A DNA stretch of 29,401 bases from an uncultured Methanosarcinales archaeon (GTDB lineage Archaea; Nanobdellota; Nanobdellia; Woesearchaeales; GW2011-AR9). Shown here one piece after another: positions 18,294 to 25,557 of the stretch. Numbering within the stretch: the first letter of the stretch is position 1; the number at the start of each line of letters is the position of its first letter. The stretch is from positions 62,001-91,401 of the forward strand of contig CAYFJV010000001.1 in the NCBI GenBank assembly GCA_964343575.1, given 5' to 3'. The position numbers were made by a program, and so were the translations under genes. Under the pieces are notes generated by a model. The model was not told where the DNA came from and searched no databases. It worked only from the letters and a program-made list of their open reading frames with translations.

Positions 18294-19208
18294 ATGGCTG
18301 CAAAATTACTAGTTTATCCTCAAAAAGCATTAGAACAGATTGTGACCTATAAGGCAGGTTTATGCGTCTCGGGCCCCGGTAGGGAGAGACCAACTATTAA
18401 TGCTGCAGGTAGAGCGATGGCTCAAGCAAAGCTTTTGCAAGGTCAAACAGGAAAAGGTGTCCCCTATGAGGGATATTCCATTGTTATACATGAAAGCAGC
18501 CCCAACCTTGTTGATGACTTTTCTTCTTTGGATGGAAAGTTGAGATTGTATCAGGACCTAGAAGAACATCTTTCTGCCGCTGCTAAGGAGGGAGATGAGA
18601 AAGCCGGTAATCTTCTTGAAGACCTTCAAAGAGAATTTCTTTTAGATCCTCAAACAGGAGCGTTTGTTCCTTTAGGTTATCTTCTTGAGAGAAGAGGCAT
18701 AGGGCGTGATTATACCATTAATCCAGAGAGCGAAGTAATTGTTTACTTGGATGGGAATAATATGCATGCATTTAATCGTTCCGAAGATAAAGGAGAACAA
18801 TGGGTCGATCGCATGTTGGCCCTCTCGGGAAAGGGACTTATTGCTGCAGCAAATGCAGTAAGGAGAAGGACTCCTCAACAAGGGACCCCCGTTTGTGTGT
18901 TGGGTGGAAGAGTTGTTTATATTAATCAAAGAAGAGCTAGAAGGGAAGAAGAAACTCAGGACCCCCCTGATATTGCGCTTCGAGTAAATGGAGAAAAAGG
19001 TGATGAGCTTGTTCTTCATTGCTTTCAAGGGATTCCTTCCAAATTAGTGTCCTATTTTATGACGGTTAGAATTCTTAACTCAACTTATGAAGTGCAGTTT
19101 GCTGAATTGGTTAGGCAAGGAGAGCTTGAATGCATGCCAGAATTGGTTGTAGCTCCTTGGTTTAGTGAAGACTTTCTTAGAAAACTTGGTCAATCATCGC
19201 TAAGTTGA
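18294..19208 (+). CDS. divergent GGDEF (nucleotide cyclase)-like protein, apparently circularly permuted
   Basis: LDPQTGA, VIVYLDGNNMHAFN, VDRML, DIALRVNGEKGDELVL in canonical order; VTYKAGL..AAGRAMAQAK..G at the N-terminus. Confidence 0.6.
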   Translation: MAAKLLVYPQKALEQIVTYKAGLCVSGPGRERPTINAAGRAMAQAKLLQGQTGKGVPYEGYSIVIHESSPNLVDDFSSLDGKLRLYQDLEEHLSAAAKEGDEKAGNLLEDLQREFLLDPQTGAFVPLGYLLERRGIGRDYTINPESEVIVYLDGNNMHAFNRSEDKGEQWVDRMLALSGKGLIAAANAVRRRTPQQGTPVCVLGGRVVYINQRRARREEETQDPPDIALRVNGEKGDELVLHCFQGIPSKLVSYFMTVRILNSTYEVQFAELVRQGELECMPELVVAPWFSEDFLRKLGQSSLS

Positions 19209-19247
19209 CCAGAAGTATTTTAATAGTGCATTAAAATTATTAGTTTC

Positions 19248-20060
19248 ATGAACAATGCTCTTTTCCAAGCGATTCGTAAGCGAGTGAACCATGATAGTGT
19301 TGCTCTTGTTAACAGAGGGAATGCTGCAATTTTTTTAGCCTTTCAAAAATTTGGTACTAAAATCTTTGCTCCGGCTGAAGGGGGATGGCTTACTTACAAA
19401 AAGTACGCTAAAGACTTAGGTTTGGAGTATGAAGAGATTGCTTGTAACTCTGCTGTGATTGATCTTGTTGATTTAGAGAAGAAGTTGACTCCGGGTGGGG
19501 TTTTTATTTATCATTCTCTGGGCGCTTATTGCGCTGAGCAAGATATTGCTGAGATTTATGCCATCTGTCAGCGTAAAGGTTGTCTTGTGATTCAGGATGT
19601 TTCTGGAAGTTTTGGAATAAAGTTTTGTGATGGAAAATATGCCGATATTTGTTTAGGAAGTTTTGGTAAGTGGAAGTTAGCTGATCTGGGCCAGGGAGGA
19701 TTTATTTCTTTTCGAGATCCGGGGATGTATGAACAGGTGAAACCACTTCTTTCTGCTTTTACTTTCTTTGGTGATGAGCAGAAGTTATTGGAAAAAGTTG
19801 AAAATGTTGAAAAGCGTATTGCTTTTTTGCTTGAGAAGCGATCGCAGGTGCTTGAAGATCTTAAAAGCCAAGATATTTTGCATAACGATATTGATGGTGT
19901 TGCTTTTGTAGTCATTGTTCGTTTTGCAAGTGAAATGGATAGGCTTCGTATTATCTCCTATTGTACTGAGAAAGGCCATGAGTATGTGATGTGTCCAAGA
20001 GAAATTCGTGTTAATGAGCAAGCAGTGAGTATTGAGTTGAAACGTTTAGAGAGTAACTGA
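19248..20060 (+). CDS. PLP-dependent DegT/DnrJ/EryC1/StrS-like transferase, short form
   Basis: NRGNAAIFLA, LVIQDVSGSFG (PLP Asp), GSFGKWKLADLGQGG (Schiff-base Lys region). Confidence 0.8.
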   Translation: MNNALFQAIRKRVNHDSVALVNRGNAAIFLAFQKFGTKIFAPAEGGWLTYKKYAKDLGLEYEEIACNSAVIDLVDLEKKLTPGGVFIYHSLGAYCAEQDIAEIYAICQRKGCLVIQDVSGSFGIKFCDGKYADICLGSFGKWKLADLGQGGFISFRDPGMYEQVKPLLSAFTFFGDEQKLLEKVENVEKRIAFLLEKRSQVLEDLKSQDILHNDIDGVAFVVIVRFASEMDRLRIISYCTEKGHEYVMCPREIRVNEQAVSIELKRLESN

Positions 20061-20109
20061 ATTCTGAGAGACAGAAAGACATATAAATCATAAAGAGAGG
20101 TTTTGTTTC

Positions 20110-20826
20110 ATGGTAGTCAAAAGTTTTGTTCAAAAAATTGTAGATAAAAAAGTAGATGATTTAGTTCATAAAAGATTCACTCGTTTTAGCGTAGGTGAAT
20201 ATCCAAGAGAAGCAGTGCTTATCAAGAAGACCAGTAAAGGGGTCCAGATGCAAGCTGGCTTTGAGTGGACTACAGATTTGTATTACCTAGTTGCTGAACT
20301 GTTAGCTGGTTCTGGAGTAACTCTAAAGGGAGATGGGGCAATGGTTACTGCAAACAAAAGCGCTCACAAAGAGATTCAAAACGCTGGTTTTGCAGTTAAG
20401 TCCTCTCGGGGGAAAAAATATACAATCACCTTTGAGCTAAGTCCTGAAGATTTGAAGAAAGGACTTGATGCACTTAAGGATTATATAGTCTTGATTAAAT
20501 TCAAAGTGGATGGTTTAGAGTTGAAAGGAAAATTATCGCCTCCTAAGCCAGGAAGTATCACTGAGAAATTTGTTACTTTGAAAGTAAGTAAGGATTATGC
20601 TGATGCGCTTCTTTCTTTTGCTCTATTTGATGTAGATGCTTCATTAGTTAAGAAGTCTGCTGAGGTACAGAGTACTTTTCTGATTGATGATGTGGTTATT
20701 CCAAAAGAGTATGAGAATGACTTTGCTGCTGCTCGCCTTCATGCGAAAAAGAAGGGAAAGATTGTTCGTAAGATTTCGATCGATAAAGAAGAAGTAAAAT
20801 CTTATGAGATAAAGTTTGAAGCTTAG
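20110..20826 (+). CDS. conserved archaeal hypothetical protein (Lys-rich, 238 aa)
   Basis: Housekeeping-like codon usage, TATA-like CATATAAA ~30 nt upstream; HKRFTRFSVG and ARLHAKKKGKIVR blocks look conserved; function unknown. Confidence 0.8.
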   Translation: MVVKSFVQKIVDKKVDDLVHKRFTRFSVGEYPREAVLIKKTSKGVQMQAGFEWTTDLYYLVAELLAGSGVTLKGDGAMVTANKSAHKEIQNAGFAVKSSRGKKYTITFELSPEDLKKGLDALKDYIVLIKFKVDGLELKGKLSPPKPGSITEKFVTLKVSKDYADALLSFALFDVDASLVKKSAEVQSTFLIDDVVIPKEYENDFAAARLHAKKKGKIVRKISIDKEEVKSYEIKFEA

Positions 20827-20930
20827 TTTTGTTTCTCTTTCCTTTCTTCTCTTATTTTTTATCTCTTCTTAATTTTTGTAGTTTAGACGTTTTTCTTCCT
20901 TTTTCCCTTCTTTTGCCTCTTTTTCTCTCC
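20827..20930 (+). terminator. long pyrimidine/oligo-T tract (archaeal-type terminator region)
   Basis: Successive T-runs directly after the stop of 20110-20826. Confidence 0.5.
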
Positions 20931-20940
20931 AAAATGGCCT

Positions 20941-20983
20941 TGTTCACCCTATGTTCACCCCATAAATTAAGCTTTGTTCACCC
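20941..20983 (+). promoter_or_regulatory. three TGTTCACCC direct repeats flanking a TATA-like AATTAAG
   Basis: Exact 9-mers at 20941, 20952 and 20975 (spacing 11 and 23). Confidence 0.7.
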
Positions 20984-21010
20984 CTTAGGAACGTTATGAG
21001 CACATGTGAT

Positions 21011-21062
21011 GGCTTGGGTGGGTCCTGGTTTTCCACCTCTTTTTGCTTGGACCCACTTAGCC
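21011..21062 (+). other. GC-rich stem-loop in putative 5' UTR
   Basis: GGCT-T-GGGTGGGTCC pairs with GGACCCACTT-AGCC (14 bp, two G-U, one bulge). Confidence 0.55.
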
Positions 21063-21190
21063 TTCCTTTTTGTGTTAGGGTATGAATATGAAGAATAAAA
21101 CAATTGGAGAATTTGATCCTTTCACTTTCCTTTTTTTGTTTGTGACTGTTGGATTTTTGGTGTTTTAAATAAGTTGGGTTGAAAACTGAT

Positions 21191-21469
21191 ATGAAAATGA
21201 GTACAAAGTTAGGATTATGCTTGCTCTTGCTGGCGAGCTCTTTTTTTCTTGTAGCTTGTGATGAACTTGAAGAAAGCGCACATACAAGTTTGGAAGAAGA
21301 GTTTATTCTAGGAGTCTTGGCCGAGATTGAGAATGAGCTAAACGAGTCAAATGATTCATTAGATATGTCTTTGAAAGCTGATTACACCATTGAGGATTCT
21401 TTAGTCAAGAGTTGGATTGATCCAGAAACAGGTTTGCAGGTAACAGAAATCTCTTGTCCGGGAAGCTAG
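21191..21469 (+). CDS. small acidic putative lipoprotein
   Basis: MKMSTKLGLCLLLLASSFFLVA-C lipobox-like signal followed by an acidic mature region. Confidence 0.7.
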   Translation: MKMSTKLGLCLLLLASSFFLVACDELEESAHTSLEEEFILGVLAEIENELNESNDSLDMSLKADYTIEDSLVKSWIDPETGLQVTEISCPGS

Positions 21470-21529
21470 GGGCTTTTGAGTTAGGTTTATATAAATAGAA
21501 GAATTATTTTGGGGGAAAGTATCGGGAAA

Positions 21530-22699
21530 ATGGGAAGAAAGAACAAACTTATGGCTTTTGCTTTTTTATTGTTGCTCTCTTGCCTTTTTGCTGGGCTTGT
21601 TTCTGCTGAAGAATCTCTTATTGGGGTGGATGATGGAAAGTCGAATGTCATTCTTAGTTTTGTTGATACCCTTACTGGAGAAATAGTTGACGATTTCTAC
21701 CTTCGTGTTTTGATCGATGGTGTTGAGAAAAATTACTACCTTGGAACTGGGGAGACCTTGCGTTTGGAACTAAGCGAAAAGAATTATCTTTTTGAAGTCT
21801 ACGCTGATGATCCCGAAAGTCCGGGTGTTGATTATTATGATTCTTTTGTTTTGGAAGTTTCTGGGAGTACTGTTAATGAAGTAGTTTATCTTTACCCCGG
21901 AGCAAGTCTTCGTGGTTTTGTTAAAGATGAGCTTGATTTTACTATCGCTGATGCAGAACTAAATGTTGAGTGTACTGGCCCAACTCCTTTAGATTATCCT
22001 TCTAAAACAGATAATTTTGGATCTTTTCATCTGAGTTTTATTCCTCAGGGAAACTGTTTTATCTACGGAAGTCATAATGGTGCTCTAGCCGTTGGGGAAC
22101 TTGCTGTCTCTCAGGGAGAGGATGTTTATCTGGAACTTTCCTTGGACGATGCTCAAATTGCAGCGCAGAATTCTTTTGGGGTATGGATCCTTTTCGTTGT
22201 TGTAGCTTTGCTTGCTTTTGCCTTTGTTCTTTTGTTTTTGTTCTATAATTCTAAGACAAAAGGAGGGAAGAGGGAAAAGAGTTCCTTGAAAGAGAAAGGA
22301 GTAGTCGGTCAAAGTAATTTGTTGAACTCTCAAGAGAATGGAGCTGGCCAAGATGAAGGAGATGAAAATCTTAGCCCTAAAGGTGAAGCGGTATTTGCAG
22401 TACTTCGAGGAAATGAGCGCAAGGTTATTGCTTTTCTTAAAAGTCAGGAGAAGCCGATTTATTTTTCAAAAATCCATTATAAAGCAAACATCTCAAAAAG
22501 TTCTCTCTTTAAGGCACTTAACTCTTTGGAGAAACGGGGCATTGTTGAGATGTTTAAGGAAGGGAGAGTGAAAAAAGTAACACTTTCTGCATGGATGAAA
22601 AAGCCCACAGTGAGCGAGGCAAATAACGGTGGAAGTACACAAAAGGGAGTGGATGAAGAAAAAGGAGGTGAACTTAGTCGTTCCTCTCAGGATATTTAA
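21530..22699 (+). CDS. membrane-anchored winged-helix transcriptional regulator with extracellular beta-sandwich domains
   Basis: Signal peptide; LRGFVKDELDFTIADAELNV..KTDNFGSF (carboxypeptidase-regulatory-like); one TM helix; LRGNERKVIAFL..NISKSSLFKALNSLEKRGIVEMFKEGR (MarR-like wHTH). TTTATATAA upstream. Confidence 0.8.
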   Translation: MGRKNKLMAFAFLLLLSCLFAGLVSAEESLIGVDDGKSNVILSFVDTLTGEIVDDFYLRVLIDGVEKNYYLGTGETLRLELSEKNYLFEVYADDPESPGVDYYDSFVLEVSGSTVNEVVYLYPGASLRGFVKDELDFTIADAELNVECTGPTPLDYPSKTDNFGSFHLSFIPQGNCFIYGSHNGALAVGELAVSQGEDVYLELSLDDAQIAAQNSFGVWILFVVVALLAFAFVLLFLFYNSKTKGGKREKSSLKEKGVVGQSNLLNSQENGAGQDEGDENLSPKGEAVFAVLRGNERKVIAFLKSQEKPIYFSKIHYKANISKSSLFKALNSLEKRGIVEMFKEGRVKKVTLSAWMKKPTVSEANNGGSTQKGVDEEKGGELSRSSQDI

Positions 22700-22709
22700 T
22701 TTGTTCCTG
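22679..22709 (+). promoter_or_regulatory. GTTC-N19-GTTC promoter/operator
   Basis: CGTTCCTCTCAGGATATTTAATTTGTTCCTG; GTTC at 22680 and 22703 flank TATTTAAT. Confidence 0.55.
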
Positions 22710-22752
22710 TTTAGAGATCAACTAAGAATGGTGAAGACACGGAGTTGATATC

Positions 22753-24702
22753 ATGAAAGTTAAAACGAAGTATAAAAATTGGATCTTTGGACTGAAGCTG
22801 AGTTTCTCTCTTTTACTAGTTTTTTTGCTCTTGGGAGTTTCTCTTACTGGAGTTCAGGCGGGCCATGCTGATGAGAAGACAATGGGATCTTTGGATGCGC
22901 CTGTAACTATGATCGAATATGCTGATTTTGAATGTCCTTTTTGCGCAAGATATTTTGATCAGACTTTTGGTTTGATTAAAGAGAACTACATTGATACTGG
23001 TTTGGTTAGATATGAGTTTAGACACTTCCCTTTGAGTTTTCATCTTGAAGCAGAAAATGCAGCTTTAGCTTCGGAGTGTGCTGCAGAGCAAGGAGAGTTT
23101 TGGGAATATCATGATCTTTTATTTGAAAATCAAGAGTATCTTAGCAGAGCAAGCTATATTGAGTGGGCAGGAGAACTTGGCCTTGATGTTGGTGACTTTA
23201 CCTCATGTTATGATTCTGAAAGATATCTAGATCTTGTGGAGGATGACTTTGATGGGGGTCAAGCAATTGGCGTTCAAGGAACACCTGCTTTCTTTGTTGA
23301 TGGTGAGCAAATTGCAGGAGCACAACCTTACTATGTTTATGAGGACGTTATTGAAGCTGCGCTGGAAGATGTTCCTATAATGAGTTGTTCTCGACCAATG
23401 GTTTTACAGGAAGGTGATTCTGCTTACTTTAGCTATTGTAGTGAGGAAGAAGACCTTTGTTGGTCAAACTTTCGAGTGACTGCACATGTAGTTGGCTATG
23501 ATTCTCTCAGAGATGAAAATTATGTTGAAATTTCTTCTAGTAGAACTTCTACTTTGATAGATGATTTTGATAGGTACTATGAAGGAGATACTCAAGAGAT
23601 GTTTCTCCTAGGAGACGGAGTTGATCTTAAGATACTTGACATTGTCTCTCAAGAGTTTGCTGGTGGAGTTAGGAATGTTGAGATCTGTTTTGATGGGGCG
23701 GAATATCTTGGAGATGAGTTTGCTGGGACTCTGGTAGTCGAAAGTATGGTTGTTGTAGAGACTGAACCGACGGTGGTTGTTGAGACCATTGAACCCGAAG
23801 TTGTCGTTGAGACTTATGTCTACGAAGAAGAGCATTACGACCTTTCAGATTATCCTGAAATCTTCATAGATGGTGGGGACTTTGATGCGATTGTGGTGAT
23901 TGGTGCGAAAGCATCTTCAGAAGAGAGTCTTGCTGCATCTATTCTTTTAGAAAGGATTAGTGATGACGGTTTGGACATCTCTGATGGAGTTTACCTTGAC
24001 TCTGAGCTTAACTTTGATTCAATGCTTGATGAGAACCTTATCATTATTGGAACGGAGGAGAGTAACACTTTTGTTTCGGAGTTTTCCTATTACCTTCATA
24101 GTTATGGTTCTTACTCCATTGATCTTTTTGAAGGAGAAGCGCAACTTACTCTCTTGAAAGGAGGAGAAGGAAATTACGTCCTTCTTATAGTAGGAGAGGA
24201 CTCAATCACTACAAGAGATGCAGCTGAATACTTGGCTTATGCTGCTTATGAACTCGAAGGAATTGGCTCTACGATAGTTTATCAAAACGGAGAGTTAACT
24301 GTCTTAAGAGAACAAGTTGATAAGCTTTTGTCGCATCTTCTTTTAGAAGGAGAATCGACCACTCCTACTTTTGATGTGACTCCTGAGATAGAAACGGTCT
24401 CTGAGGCTTCTGTAGTTTTTGTTACTGAAGAAACAGAAGCGTCTTGCGCTGGTTGCCTTGAAGGAGATGTTTGTTTGCCATTTGGAACACGAACACTTGT
24501 TGATGAGCTTCCAATGTATTGCGCCATTGATGGGGAGCTCCATGAACAAACAACCGTTGCAGCAAGCTGTCAGAATAACTATGAATGTTTAAGTAACCAA
24601 TGTAGTAATGGGCAGTGTGTCGACCTTTATGGAGAACTTCAAAAAACGAACACCTTTTTGGAGAAAATCTCTTCTTGGTTTAGAAGCGTCTTTGGCTCTT
24701 AG
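22753..24702 (+). CDS. exported DsbA-family thiol-disulfide oxidoreductase fused to S-layer-like and Cys-rich domains
   Basis: Signal peptide; GSLDAPVTMIEYADFECPFC, FRHFPL, GVQGTPAFFVDG, GAQP; later YDLSDYPEIF..IVVIGAKA..NLIIIGT; C-terminal CAGC..C..C..CQNNYECLSNQCSNGQC and amphipathic tail. Confidence 0.85.
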   Translation: MKVKTKYKNWIFGLKLSFSLLLVFLLLGVSLTGVQAGHADEKTMGSLDAPVTMIEYADFECPFCARYFDQTFGLIKENYIDTGLVRYEFRHFPLSFHLEAENAALASECAAEQGEFWEYHDLLFENQEYLSRASYIEWAGELGLDVGDFTSCYDSERYLDLVEDDFDGGQAIGVQGTPAFFVDGEQIAGAQPYYVYEDVIEAALEDVPIMSCSRPMVLQEGDSAYFSYCSEEEDLCWSNFRVTAHVVGYDSLRDENYVEISSSRTSTLIDDFDRYYEGDTQEMFLLGDGVDLKILDIVSQEFAGGVRNVEICFDGAEYLGDEFAGTLVVESMVVVETEPTVVVETIEPEVVVETYVYEEEHYDLSDYPEIFIDGGDFDAIVVIGAKASSEESLAASILLERISDDGLDISDGVYLDSELNFDSMLDENLIIIGTEESNTFVSEFSYYLHSYGSYSIDLFEGEAQLTLLKGGEGNYVLLIVGEDSITTRDAAEYLAYAAYELEGIGSTIVYQNGELTVLREQVDKLLSHLLLEGESTTPTFDVTPEIETVSEASVVFVTEETEASCAGCLEGDVCLPFGTRTLVDELPMYCAIDGELHEQTTVAASCQNNYECLSNQCSNGQCVDLYGELQKTNTFLEKISSWFRSVFGS

Positions 24703-24736
24703 TTTTTTCTTTTCATTTTTTTAGTTAACTCTTTTT

Positions 24737-24767
24737 TGTTCTCCGTAGGTATTAAGTATTGTTCTCT
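24737..24767 (+). promoter_or_regulatory. GTTC-N19-GTTC promoter/operator
   Basis: TGTTCTCCGTAGGTATTAAGTATTGTTCTCT; GTTC at 24738 and 24761 flank TTAAGTA. Confidence 0.6.
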
Positions 24768-24809
24768 CTTAGGAATTTTTAGAAATTATCTAAATTTCTG
24801 GAGAATAAA

Positions 24810-25229
24810 ATGATATCGAAAAATATAACAACATTTTTGGGAAAGCGAGTTTCAAGTAAGTCTTTGGCCTTGCTTTTCTTGTTTGCCTTGATTGGTTTTT
24901 TAGTTTTTGAAAGCAGCAATGTTGAAGCTGCAGGGACTTTCGGTTTTGGACACTGTGATGCGTTTGGTACTTTGTATGAGGGAGAAACAGGTTACTATGC
25001 TAGTAACCATGAAGATCTAAAGCATGTTGATACTCTCGTTGAATGTACTGGCTCTGGGAAATGTGCTGCCAAAGGAACTGCCTTTGAACACGAGGGAGAA
25101 CGAAGCCCTTATTTGTTACCTGGGCAGAGCTATATCTTTAGAGATAATGTTGATATTCGGCATCTTGGTTATGGCTTAGTGCGTGGCTTTGTTGGAGGTA
25201 CAGAAGTGAGATTTTGTATTAATGATTAA
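24810..25229 (+). CDS. small secreted protein with four Cys
   Basis: Signal peptide ending NVEA-A; Gly-rich mature part. Confidence 0.7.
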   Translation: MISKNITTFLGKRVSSKSLALLFLFALIGFLVFESSNVEAAGTFGFGHCDAFGTLYEGETGYYASNHEDLKHVDTLVECTGSGKCAAKGTAFEHEGERSPYLLPGQSYIFRDNVDIRHLGYGLVRGFVGGTEVRFCIND

Positions 25230-25258
25230 TTTTTTTTTCTTTTTTTCTTTCCCTTTTA

Positions 25259-25300
25259 GTTCCAGCTGGCGTTCCAGCTAGGAGTTAAGTATCGTTCGCT
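25259..25300 (+). promoter_or_regulatory. GTTC-N19-GTTC promoter/operator with extra upstream GTTCCAGCT repeat
   Basis: GTTC at 25259, 25271 and 25294; TTAAGTA at 25285. Confidence 0.6.
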
Positions 25301-25313
25301 TTCTGGGTAGTTT

Positions 25314-25463
25314 ATGTCACTCACATTATTAAAAGAAACAGAGCTTTGTTCTTCTTGTGGACATAAGCTTGGAAACCACTTTAGCCCATTTATTCACTTT
25401 ACAAGGTGTACTTCTCTTGGTTGCTTCTGTCGCCGGGCAAAATGGGGAACTTTAGGGGAGTAA
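25314..25463 (+). CDS. 49-aa zinc-finger-like microprotein
   Basis: Not in ORF track. MSLTLLKETELCSSCGHKLGNHFSPFIHFTRCTSLGCFCRRAKWGTLGE; ATG 29 nt after the start of the TATA-like box (leaderless geometry). Confidence 0.7.
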   Translation: MSLTLLKETELCSSCGHKLGNHFSPFIHFTRCTSLGCFCRRAKWGTLGE

Positions 25464-25557
25464 ATTTAAAGAATTTCAGATTTCTGGTGTTCGTGTTCTG
25501 CTTTTTACAATATTCCCAGTTATATTTATATAGAAAATCTCTTCTCTGTTCTCTCTG

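Noticed and set aside
24781..24799. AGAAATT-N5-AATTTCT inverted repeat
   Set aside because: Short and AT-rich, expected by chance in this composition.
25489..25515. Possible fifth GTTC-N19 site upstream of metG
   Set aside because: The second half-site is ATTC, and the better TATA (TATTTATATA at ~25523) lies outside the pair.
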